DNA of 64,000 nucleotides from a virus (Duplodnaviria > Caudoviricetes): IMG/VR virus record IMGVR_UViG_3300032235_000808, positions 16,717 through 80,716 of that record. One strand, 5' to 3'. Position numbers and translations under genes: made by a program. How positions within the stretch are numbered: position 1 is the first letter of the stretch; each line of letters starts with the position of its first letter. The notes beneath the pieces are model-generated. The model made no database searches. It was not told the DNA's origin and saw only the letters and a program-made list of their open reading frames with translations. This document shows positions 40,703 to 49,843 of the stretch, one piece after another.

Positions 40703-41556
40703 CGTTTTAAATATTTTTTTAAATCCATAGTTAAGATTGTGTCACTTATTTCTTTTGGTACTCTGAATTCTTCAAATGTACCATTTTCCTTTAAAAGAAC
40801 AATAACACTACCCATTAATTTTGTTTTATCAAATTTGGTACCTTGTAACATTTTTAAAATCAATCTACCGTATAGTGGTAATTGTAAGTAATAGTGACCC
40901 AAGGCATTATCATGATAATTACCAAATGGTGGATACAATCTACCAGTGTAATATTGAACTTCAAAGTTCTTTGGTTTATTAGTTTTCCAATCTGTGATAA
41001 CTAAACCATAATCAGTTTTTTGTCTGTTCATCATCAACCATACCTTATCGGGTTGACCGGTATATCCTTCTTCAGGGTCACCTAATACCATTTCGGTATC
41101 TAATAATACTCCACCACGTTCCAACATTAAATCAAGAAACTCTTTACCTGCACCAATCATCGCATCACTCTTACGTTGTTGTTCCTCATTGATATCAAAT
41201 ATTGGTTGTCTCACATTTTTGTAGTTACCAAATCTATCAATGGTATCGGTTTCTAATTCAAAGTGAACACGACTACCCATATTAGTTGATAAATCACCAG
41301 CTTGTTTCCATTCCGCTAACAATTCTTTTGCACCTTCAGGGTCACCTTTACACATCTGTAATGCCTTACCTTCTGAATCAAAGTGTTTATGGAACTTGGA
41401 TATTAGTCTTGAAACTGACGGGAAATTACTTTTAATTTCACCGTTAAGGTCTCTCATATAATAAATGTGGTCTTCCTCAATAAAGGACAACTCTAATTGT
41501 TTCCTTTTTTCCTCCAACGCATCTCTCATCTCTAACGAGATATCATATAAATTCAT
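40699..41556 (-). CDS. PD-(D/E)XK exonuclease (Cas4/RecB-like)
   Basis: PSVS, GSRVH, TEM, GQPDKV, TDWKT, YYLQLPLY. Confidence 0.82.
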   Translation of the reverse strand: MNLYDISLEMRDALEEKRKQLELSFIEEDHIYYMRDLNGEIKSNFPSVSRLISKFHKHFDSEGKALQMCKGDPEGAKELLAEWKQAGDLSTNMGSRVHFELETDTIDRFGNYKNVRQPIFDINEEQQRKSDAMIGAGKEFLDLMLERGGVLLDTEMVLGDPEEGYTGQPDKVWLMMNRQKTDYGLVITDWKTNKPKNFEVQYYTGRLYPPFGNYHDNALGHYYLQLPLYGRLILKMLQGTKFDKTKLMGSVIVLLKENGTFEEFRVPKEISDTILTMDLKKYLKR

Positions 41557-41557
41557 A

Positions 41558-42502
41558 TTAATCTAATTTAATTTCTTTATAACCACTTAAATCACCAGCC
41601 AAATCTGCAATGTCCTTATCTCCCTCCAATTTAATGATGTTAACTCGACCCATTAACTTACCACAATTAATTCTATGATAAAGTCTTTCAGCATCGTTCC
41701 ACGCATCAGGGTCCAAGACAATAGTGAGTTCCCCCTTTGCATCATCGTATAACTTATAAAAAAGGTGGTCTGACATAAATTTACCCAACATTGGTATTGA
41801 GTTGGGGATAAATATGCTATCGAAAGCACCTTCAACGATGTATATTTTTTCATTCCATTTAACTAATTTCTCATTGAAAATAATAATCTCCTTTTGTACC
41901 TCGGGATTTTTATACTTCAATTTAGTGTATGATAGGTATGACCTTGCAATAAAATAATTTAAATAACCTTCCTCATTGTAAGATGGAATAATAATTCTAT
42001 TTGCAAAGTCTCCTTCGTAACAGAATCCAATGTTATATCTCTCTAACATTTCATCTGTAATATTTCTTTTCTTAATATAAGCCCACGCTTGTTTGAATTG
42101 TGATGTTAACCTCAATCCTCGACTTGCATCTTTAAATAAGATAAACTCCTTTGGTAATTTTACATTTTTATAGACTCGTTTTGGTGCTTCACCATCCTCA
42201 TCAGGTCTCAATATGATATACTTCTTGAGTTGTTTAGGATTACCGTGTTGTTTTATTAACTTATATAACGTACCATGAGTTCCATGGGTTTCAGAACATG
42301 ACCAGCATTTAAAAACACTCTCTTTGTAGTTTATTTCAAGATTTCCTTTACCATCTCCGTGGTCAAGTTCCTTAATATCATATGAACAAACGGGACAATC
42401 AAAAGATATTTGTCCTTTGTAATCGTTGTGGAGTTTAGGTTCCCCTAAAATGTCCTCAAGGATATCAATTACCGGTGAATAATCTACTTTTTGGTCAGTC
42501 AT
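41558..42502 (-). CDS. DNA primase (Zn finger plus TOPRIM)
   Basis: CPVC...CWSC, RIIIPSY, KYKNP, IVEGAFD, LDPDA, KDIAD. Confidence 0.88.
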   Translation of the reverse strand: MTDQKVDYSPVIDILEDILGEPKLHNDYKGQISFDCPVCSYDIKELDHGDGKGNLEINYKESVFKCWSCSETHGTHGTLYKLIKQHGNPKQLKKYIILRPDEDGEAPKRVYKNVKLPKEFILFKDASRGLRLTSQFKQAWAYIKKRNITDEMLERYNIGFCYEGDFANRIIIPSYNEEGYLNYFIARSYLSYTKLKYKNPEVQKEIIIFNEKLVKWNEKIYIVEGAFDSIFIPNSIPMLGKFMSDHLFYKLYDDAKGELTIVLDPDAWNDAERLYHRINCGKLMGRVNIIKLEGDKDIADLAGDLSGYKEIKLD

Positions 42503-42546
42503 ACTCGAAAGGTATGAAAAATATTCGGTAAAAAAAAATTAAGCAT

Positions 42547-42617
42547 AAAAAAAGAGAGTCGAACACCACCCCGACTCTCTACCAACCAAGAATGTATTAC
42601 TACATTCCCGACCTACA
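42547..42617 (-). ncRNA. Candidate small structured RNA (GNRA hairpin plus terminator hairpin)
   Basis: TATTTAT motif at 42621-27, then GAATGTA-GTAA-TACATTC, then AGAGAGTCGG..TTCGACTCTCT-T tract; no plausible protein-coding ORF. Confidence 0.55.
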
Positions 42618-42654
42618 TTAATAAATATAAACAAAATAATTTGAAAAACAAAGC

Positions 42655-43269
42655 CTACTTCGTATTTTTTTCAGTTTCTTTTATCATATTTACATATCCT
42701 ATCACACAACATGCAGCATCCGCCATGTCGTAGTTCTCTTTCTTTAAATTACCTGTCTTTCCATATAACCAACTGATATCAGGACAAACCTCATTAACGT
42801 GTTCCCAAATTACATGTTTCTTATCTATATCTTTTGGGTATCCGCCAAATAAAACATTGCGACCTTTGTCATTTGGACCAACCAAATCAGGGAAAGCGTA
42901 CTTTCTCGAATTATATGTTGAGATGAATGTTGGTAAGATTCCTAATGCGTCATAACATACTTTAAGAATTAAAGTGTTGTAACGTAACAATGTACCAATT
43001 GTGTAAATGTTATTAGATTGAAGTAATGGCTCTTCTATAATGACACGGGTAATACCCATTCCTTTATATTTTTCGATGTGTGTTTTAAACGCATCTGCCT
43101 TTTTAATTAATTCTTCGATTTTATCTTCAGGTTGTGGTTTAATTTTTGGTGAAAAGTGTGTTAACTCCAATAATTTTGACCCTGAAATATCAAATAACGC
43201 AAAACCAATTGTTTTGGTACTAATATCTAAACCAAGAATTTTAGCCGACTCAAGTATTTTTTTATTCAT
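42655..43269 (-). CDS. RuvC-like Holliday junction resolvase
   Basis: ILGLDISTKTIG, VIIEEP, DMADA. Confidence 0.8.
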   Translation of the reverse strand: MNKKILESAKILGLDISTKTIGFALFDISGSKLLELTHFSPKIKPQPEDKIEELIKKADAFKTHIEKYKGMGITRVIIEEPLLQSNNIYTIGTLLRYNTLILKVCYDALGILPTFISTYNSRKYAFPDLVGPNDKGRNVLFGGYPKDIDKKHVIWEHVNEVCPDISWLYGKTGNLKKENYDMADAACCVIGYVNMIKETEKNTK

Positions 43270-43308
43270 GTAAACTATAATAAATAATTTAACATGAATT
43301 GTAAAGTC

Positions 43309-45267
43309 TTAGAAATCTAACTGTACATCAAAACTACCTTGGTTTCGGTCATAAGGTTCAGACATCTTTCCCATAATTAATGTTTCTTTGTTTGAATTTA
43401 ACAATGCAACTTCAGTAATCATAATACTTTCGGACGTATGTGTTGGGTTTTGTGATGTGATAAATTTATCTGATGGTAAATTTATTCTAAAATTTAATTG
43501 TTCAATTTCTGTTCCTCTTACCACATTAATACTACCAGGGAATGGTTGTTCCTCACCAAAATAAGGACCTGATGTTGTGGTTAAATAATCATTCTGAATG
43601 TAATTTCCTAAATAAAAGGCACCAGTATTTAATGCTTCCGAATATTCGGTTTCATTTATTGTAAAAACATGTTCCGTTAATGCCGAAGAGGTTATTAAAC
43701 TATTTCCATTTAAATATACCGTTTGGTCGTGCATTAACCACGCATCCGAATCTGGCAATTCACCGTTATCGGTTATTTGAAATAATAAATAAAGTTTATC
43801 TGCAATTGGCCCGTTTATTGTGTTACCTGTTGATGATTGTAAATAAAAAAGGTCCTCACCACCAAATCTAACAGTAACACCGAGTGGTGTTGTGGAACCG
43901 GTTACTTTTGTATAATAATTACAAGGTATACCATTTTTATTAATATCATGTGAATAAGATAACATATATGTCATCCACATTGTTTTTCCTGTTGTTAATT
44001 CAGTAATAGGGTCATAACTTACAATTGTATTTACCTTAGGTGCCGGTAATGTGTATTTTCTATTTGATTTATAATCTAACGCAGCAACAATTTCTTCATC
44101 ATCAAATATTATTACTTGTTGGTTGTAGAACACTTTACCCACTCTAATATTTTGTTCATCAAGTAAATCTCTATATTTTAAAACAAATCTTGAGTTATAT
44201 GATGAAACTATTTCTTTATCGGTGGAGTCCATATGAAACGATGCACCAACTGTTGTTCCGGTGTTTCTATGATACATTAAGAATGGTGTGTGTACTTGAA
44301 AGTATTCTTCATCCGATAAATCATTAGCATTTGGACTCGTATATCCTGTACTTGTACTTATATGGTCATCATATTTAAAAAATCTATTAGGGTCAATGTT
44401 ATCACCATTTTTAGAGTAGTGAATTACCGCAATTACTTTTTGTTCTTCCGGTGTGATTGTAATTAATTCTCCAAAACTATTTGTAATTGTTGTGCCGGTA
44501 TTGTATGTTTGTCCATCTGATGATTTATAACCAAAAAATTCTTTGGTGCCAACAAACTTGTTACTCGTATACCCCGTAATATTTCTATCTCCACTTTCTA
44601 ATCCGGTCAATTTTTTATCCCAAACAACATTTAATGTCCATGGATTATGTTGGTCGGTTGTTTCTGTTGGAATTGGGTTTTCAAATTCTTTATCATTATT
44701 AATTAATACAACATTCGTACTTGGCATTACCGGTACATTTCTATCTAAAGTAATTGATGTTGAACCTGTAGCAGTAACTTTAAAAATATAACTATTTGTT
44801 TGTCCTGTTATTGTATCATCATCTAATTTAGATGCATTAAGTGCTAACGTAACAAAACTACCAACCGGATATTCTGAACCATCAACAACCGTTAATGTAT
44901 CGCTATCACCTATAAATGAACTAATAGTTTCATAATGTGATTTAATAACAAAATCATCACCAAATGAACCTGATACAAATCCTGCTGGTCCCATAACATT
45001 TGAACATTCCACCACTTCTCTTAATGAAACAGGAATACCATATGGTGTACCACCATCAACATATAATAAAGGATATTTTACATTACCATAATCATCAAAT
45101 GGTGCCATTACCATTTGACCGGTGGTTGAATCCGTGTATGAATATTCTGAATCTCCCACTGCGAAGTGTGTAATCACAAAATTACCATTTGCAATACTTT
45201 CTCTACCCTTTTGCGTAAGTCTTGTGGCGATTGTAAACCCTCTATAATTTGTATCTAAAAAACTCAT
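43309..45267 (-). CDS. Baseplate/tail-fibre anchor protein
   Basis: RLTQKGR...ITHFAVGD N-terminus and ITEVALLN...MGKMSEP C-terminus, like tail-collar/fibre anchor domains. Confidence 0.55.
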   Translation of the reverse strand: MSFLDTNYRGFTIATRLTQKGRESIANGNFVITHFAVGDSEYSYTDSTTGQMVMAPFDDYGNVKYPLLYVDGGTPYGIPVSLREVVECSNVMGPAGFVSGSFGDDFVIKSHYETISSFIGDSDTLTVVDGSEYPVGSFVTLALNASKLDDDTITGQTNSYIFKVTATGSTSITLDRNVPVMPSTNVVLINNDKEFENPIPTETTDQHNPWTLNVVWDKKLTGLESGDRNITGYTSNKFVGTKEFFGYKSSDGQTYNTGTTITNSFGELITITPEEQKVIAVIHYSKNGDNIDPNRFFKYDDHISTSTGYTSPNANDLSDEEYFQVHTPFLMYHRNTGTTVGASFHMDSTDKEIVSSYNSRFVLKYRDLLDEQNIRVGKVFYNQQVIIFDDEEIVAALDYKSNRKYTLPAPKVNTIVSYDPITELTTGKTMWMTYMLSYSHDINKNGIPCNYYTKVTGSTTPLGVTVRFGGEDLFYLQSSTGNTINGPIADKLYLLFQITDNGELPDSDAWLMHDQTVYLNGNSLITSSALTEHVFTINETEYSEALNTGAFYLGNYIQNDYLTTTSGPYFGEEQPFPGSINVVRGTEIEQLNFRINLPSDKFITSQNPTHTSESIMITEVALLNSNKETLIMGKMSEPYDRNQGSFDVQLDF

Positions 45268-45292
45268 ATATTATAAATATTAATTTATTTAA

Positions 45293-47695
45293 TTAGCACT
45301 CTGAATTTAAATTAGAATCTCCACCATAATTTGGTCTTAAATAACGATATTTTGACCTATTAAACATGGTATTCTTTATTAATACACCACCTGTCCATAA
45401 AGTAGTTGCCGGAACAAATTGTTCAATAACTTTAACCCAATATGGTGACATCTTTTTAATGTATTCAATTAATGATGTATATTTAAATGGTGTTATGTCA
45501 GTATTATTTATATAATCTCTATAAATCTCATCTAAAATTACATAACTTCTTTCGAATTTATTAGAGTTACTATTTACTAAAACATTTTTTAATCCATTAT
45601 CTAAAAACTCCGCGAATGTTATTCCCGTTTGTGGTGGCATTGTACCAAATGTTAATTCCAAGTTCGATGATTGTCTCCAAATATCATATTCAATTGTTTG
45701 TGATGGTGAAAGATGTACGCTTAAATTTTTTCTATTTAATGTGAAAATATCTAAATTATTGACAATACTTACTTTTTTATTGTCAATTCTCGACATTAAG
45801 CTATAACCATAATCTAAACCTTGAAACGTTCTAAAACTATCAAAATAATCCTCACCGTATGTGAATGGTTTATTCATTGTTTTAGTATATTTTGTTCTAC
45901 CAGTCAATACAGAATTATCATAATCAATAACCAATGGTGACCTATGTTGTAATGTTACATCATACCATCCTGAACCTTTTTGAAAAAATACACTACCATC
46001 ACTACTTGTGGCATTTTTTGGTACACCATTCTCATCAATTGGATAGTCACTTCTTATTAATGTTGTACCTGATGTTGGTGTCATACCCGTGTTGTAGGAT
46101 ATGAAAGTACTACCTGACATTGTTACACCGGTAATAATAGGTCCCATTTCAATCCCGTTGATATAGTTGTATAAATCGAAATTGACTTTTAAATCGGTAA
46201 TATCCCCAACTGTCACTAATGTAGTTGCCTCAGTTGGTACTGATGTTATGTCATAAACATATTCATCTATCTTAATCATTGGTTCGGGGGCACCCAAGAA
46301 TTTTAAAAAGAATTCTAAAGCTTTACGTGTACCTTTTGACTTATATAATTGTGCGAGATTAATTAAGATTCTTCTGTAAAATTCATATTCAGATTCTACT
46401 AAATTCTTTCCAACAGGAACACCTAAGTAATTACTATCTTGTCTTGTGTATAGAATATCATTTAAACTTTTCTCATCAAAAAGATTTACGGTATCGAGTC
46501 CCAAGTTTTGTGATAAATTTTTTAATAAGATATCTGGTATATTACTAATACCATCATAACTCACATGTCTCATGTAAGCAATGTTGTCAATATATTTTTT
46601 TACACTATCAAAACTTTGTCCATATAGTTGGAAAACCGATTCTGCTCTTTTGTCTTCCGTATCAAATTCAAATAATTGTGGTGATGTTAAAAATCTAACA
46701 ATTAAATTGGATTTATAATCGTCAATCTCATCTGATAAGTCATAAAGTTTTTGAACATATTGGTCAAACTCAATACCAATGATTTGTGGATTCCACCCAT
46801 CTTTTGATACCGGCCAAGTTGCGTCAACACCAATTAAATCAGTTGCACTTTCATCAAAACTATCTCTTGGTACTCTAAAAGATGCTGTGTAAATTGGATT
46901 TGATTCTCTATTAAGTAATAATTCCTCAAGGTCATCTAAACTTTTAAAGAACTCTTCAATAATACTATCATTTGGTTTGATTAAGAAATCAACATTAACA
47001 TCTGTATTTCCACTAAATAAATTACCATCCACCTCGAATGATGATATAAAGTTATTATCGAAAGTTGGCTCTGTATAATTCGTTATATTATATGAAATAC
47101 CACTATAAACAATTACATAATTCTTATATGATGAATAAAAATTTCTAATTTCATTATCCGTTTCAGCTAACGTATTACTATTTGGTTTTGTTAATACAAT
47201 ATCAAACGGGTTATATAAAATTGATTGCTGAGAGTCGAAATATGTTGTATCAGTATCACCACTATAACTAATATTTTCCGCAGTGTAATTTGTGGTTCTA
47301 ATTACTGTCGTACTATCTGCTAATAATGATGCTGGAAACTTGCTAACAATTCTACCGATTGATATATTGACTCTTTCTTTTAATGAACCGAATAAAGACC
47401 TACCAGCATCTTTTCTTGATGGTCTAAACTTAATAGTATCAGTTGTTGTTTTTGATGTATTTGTTTTTGGTGCATTAGTTTCTTCCTTTAATGTATCTAA
47501 TGTTAAAAAATCAGAAAAAGGTGATGTAGAAAAACTTTTACTATCTTTTTCAGGTGTCGCCCTATCAAGTACAAAGTTAGTATTAGTCAATTGACTACTA
47601 CCGTCAGTTATTTGATTACCAACTAAACTGTCGCTAAAAGTTTGTGCACCATTGGCTGCTTGACTTGGAACTTTATATTTTACTACTTTTGCCAT
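45293..47695 (-). CDS. Baseplate wedge-like protein (P2 gpI-type motif)
   Basis: IPDILLKNLSQNLG...LYKSKGTRKALEFFLKFLG. Confidence 0.65.
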   Translation of the reverse strand: MAKVVKYKVPSQAANGAQTFSDSLVGNQITDGSSQLTNTNFVLDRATPEKDSKSFSTSPFSDFLTLDTLKEETNAPKTNTSKTTTDTIKFRPSRKDAGRSLFGSLKERVNISIGRIVSKFPASLLADSTTVIRTTNYTAENISYSGDTDTTYFDSQQSILYNPFDIVLTKPNSNTLAETDNEIRNFYSSYKNYVIVYSGISYNITNYTEPTFDNNFISSFEVDGNLFSGNTDVNVDFLIKPNDSIIEEFFKSLDDLEELLLNRESNPIYTASFRVPRDSFDESATDLIGVDATWPVSKDGWNPQIIGIEFDQYVQKLYDLSDEIDDYKSNLIVRFLTSPQLFEFDTEDKRAESVFQLYGQSFDSVKKYIDNIAYMRHVSYDGISNIPDILLKNLSQNLGLDTVNLFDEKSLNDILYTRQDSNYLGVPVGKNLVESEYEFYRRILINLAQLYKSKGTRKALEFFLKFLGAPEPMIKIDEYVYDITSVPTEATTLVTVGDITDLKVNFDLYNYINGIEMGPIITGVTMSGSTFISYNTGMTPTSGTTLIRSDYPIDENGVPKNATSSDGSVFFQKGSGWYDVTLQHRSPLVIDYDNSVLTGRTKYTKTMNKPFTYGEDYFDSFRTFQGLDYGYSLMSRIDNKKVSIVNNLDIFTLNRKNLSVHLSPSQTIEYDIWRQSSNLELTFGTMPPQTGITFAEFLDNGLKNVLVNSNSNKFERSYVILDEIYRDYINNTDITPFKYTSLIEYIKKMSPYWVKVIEQFVPATTLWTGGVLIKNTMFNRSKYRYLRPNYGGDSNLNSEC

Positions 47696-48618
47696 TATAC
47701 GTTAGTAATGTTATCTAATCCTAATGTTTCATCAATATCCGTTCTTTCTTCACGAACCTCATATAGCGTCTCACTAAATTCGTCTTTAATTTCGTAAAGA
47801 TTGTATTGTTTGTAAATTTCATTATTCTCATCGTAGATTGTGTAGATACCCGGTGTAATCACTTTAGTTTGATTACCGTACAATGCGTGTGCCAATGTAC
47901 TTGCATCATGTTCTACCATATCAATCTCAATAGTTGTTGGATTAACAAACGTATTGGTTAATATAATCTTTTGTCCTGGTTGTCCAATAAATGGGATAAC
48001 GTTTGGTCTTGTTGATGGTGATGACGAGGGTGTTATCGTCATGAATATTAAATTTGTTACTTGGTCAGTATATTGATATCTAATGGCTTTATCCGTTGTA
48101 TTGGATAAATTAGATGTTATTGGTTGACAATAAAATGATGATGTTACAACTCTATAAAAGTTTGGTATTTTTGTGGCATTATCAGTTGTATTAATATATT
48201 CAACACGATAACCAACCATTCCTTGTGGTGTAAATTTATTTCTATCTTCCGTAGGTACATTTGATGTATCAATTATTAATCCTCTTACAGATGGAAGTGA
48301 GGCTAAAACACCGCAATCTGTAATTGTGGTTCTAATTTGCTTTGGTCTAACATGTAATGTATAAATTCCTAATTCAGAAAAATCATCTGCACTTAATTTT
48401 AAATTATATAAACCACCTAATATCTCAGCATTTGGTGCCGATGCGTCATCTGTTGTATCTGAATTGTGGTAAACAGGTGTCAAAACATCTGTTGATATTA
48501 ATTTTTTAAGTGTAACCGGAGTTGTTGACGTTCTATTAGATGTATAATGATAATATATCTCAACATCTGCTGGGGATACGTCTGCCGGTCTAACTATACC
48601 ATATGAACCTACTGCCAT
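47695..48618 (-). CDS. Putative virion structural protein
   Basis: 307 aa, TATTTAT motif upstream, coupled to wedge gene. Confidence 0.6.
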   Translation of the reverse strand: MAVGSYGIVRPADVSPADVEIYYHYTSNRTSTTPVTLKKLISTDVLTPVYHNSDTTDDASAPNAEILGGLYNLKLSADDFSELGIYTLHVRPKQIRTTITDCGVLASLPSVRGLIIDTSNVPTEDRNKFTPQGMVGYRVEYINTTDNATKIPNFYRVVTSSFYCQPITSNLSNTTDKAIRYQYTDQVTNLIFMTITPSSSPSTRPNVIPFIGQPGQKIILTNTFVNPTTIEIDMVEHDASTLAHALYGNQTKVITPGIYTIYDENNEIYKQYNLYEIKDEFSETLYEVREERTDIDETLGLDNITNV

Positions 48619-48645
48619 TTCTTTTTTATTTAATAAATATAAATC

Positions 48646-49161
48646 TTATTGTTTTTTCACTTTAAAATAAGCATTTCCATATACACTTAATTCTCCCATG
48701 TTATCAATTTCACCCAATCTTAAATTCATTTCCATCACACCCTGTTTTCCACGTTCAACAAAAATATCCGAATATATTTTTGGTTCATCAACAAATCCTA
48801 AAAAATGTTCATTACGAGATAATACCTCAAATATTATTTCTTCTTTTGTAAACCCAACAGTATTTCCTGTTAATACAGTGTAACCTTCGGGATAATCAAC
48901 ATAATAAACACCATCAATTGTGTAACCGGTTGTGTTTGTTTCACCATCAACATTAGTTGCTATTGTGTAACCATCACCACCATATTTTTTGTATTCGGAT
49001 AATTTACTCAATCCAATGGCGTTATAATAAGTAATACCGGTAAAATTTGTGTCACCGGTATATGCCGTATAATCTAAATCATTTTGATAACCTTGTGTGT
49101 ACCCCGTTTCGGGAGTTACATATGGTAATGTAAATGTTAGTGAACCTGAACCAAGTAGCAT
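48646..49161 (-). CDS. Putative virion structural protein
   Basis: 171 aa; EPKIYSDIFVERGKQGV...LGEIDNMGEL. Confidence 0.6.
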   Translation of the reverse strand: MLLGSGSLTFTLPYVTPETGYTQGYQNDLDYTAYTGDTNFTGITYYNAIGLSKLSEYKKYGGDGYTIATNVDGETNTTGYTIDGVYYVDYPEGYTVLTGNTVGFTKEEIIFEVLSRNEHFLGFVDEPKIYSDIFVERGKQGVMEMNLRLGEIDNMGELSVYGNAYFKVKKQ

Positions 49162-49240
49162 AATTATTAATGTATTCTAGTAAATATCTTTAGAATACTT
49201 TTGGATTAATATAATGAATAAATTGGTGTAAATAAATCTT

Positions 49241-49831
49241 TTAAATTGTATCGCACTCAATAAATTCAAGTTCTACCTTTTTATTGATGGTTGGTGATGT
49301 TGTGGTAATATTAAAGGTAAAATTGTATTCACCTTTACCCAATATTATCTTGTCGTTACCTGAAGTTGTTGTTGATACGGTAATACTTGATGGGATTGGG
49401 GTTGGTGCGTCATCCACCGATGTCACTGTTAATGTACTTGATACGTTAACACTATCAAGGTCACCATTTGTTACAGTTAATTTTAGTACAGGACTACCAT
49501 TTGCACCAATTAAATCCGAAACATAACTTGTATAACAAACATCGGTAGATTGAAATGTAATAAAAGAATCACCACATTTTATTTGATAAAATGTAAAACC
49601 ATTAACTAATTGTTGATGTGTTAAATCTGATTTTAAAATAGTATATTCTGGACCAATATTTAAAACGTCAACCTTACCTGAACTTGTAACACCTGTCGTG
49701 CTCAACAATGTGGCAGTATTTCCAGAGTTAAAGGTAAATCCTGAAGAATCATAATGTTCCAAAGTCGCAACAAATGGACCAATAACATTATGGGGGATAT
49801 TTTTATATTTTGCTTTTATATTAACTGCCAT
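49241..49831 (-). CDS. Putative virion structural protein
   Basis: 196 aa Thr/Ser-rich, TATTTAT motif upstream. Confidence 0.55.
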   Translation of the reverse strand: MAVNIKAKYKNIPHNVIGPFVATLEHYDSSGFTFNSGNTATLLSTTGVTSSGKVDVLNIGPEYTILKSDLTHQQLVNGFTFYQIKCGDSFITFQSTDVCYTSYVSDLIGANGSPVLKLTVTNGDLDSVNVSSTLTVTSVDDAPTPIPSSITVSTTTSGNDKIILGKGEYNFTFNITTTSPTINKKVELEFIECDTI

Positions 49832-49843
49832 ATCTTATAAATA

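Noticed and set aside
40699-41556. Cas4-like nuclease as evidence of CRISPR-Cas
   Set aside because: No repeat-spacer array or other cas genes seen and no Fe-S cysteine set; it sits in a replication module
42547-42617. tRNA interpretation of the structured RNA (contains GTTCGA)
   Set aside because: GTTCGA lies within a long terminator stem and no cloverleaf can be drawn
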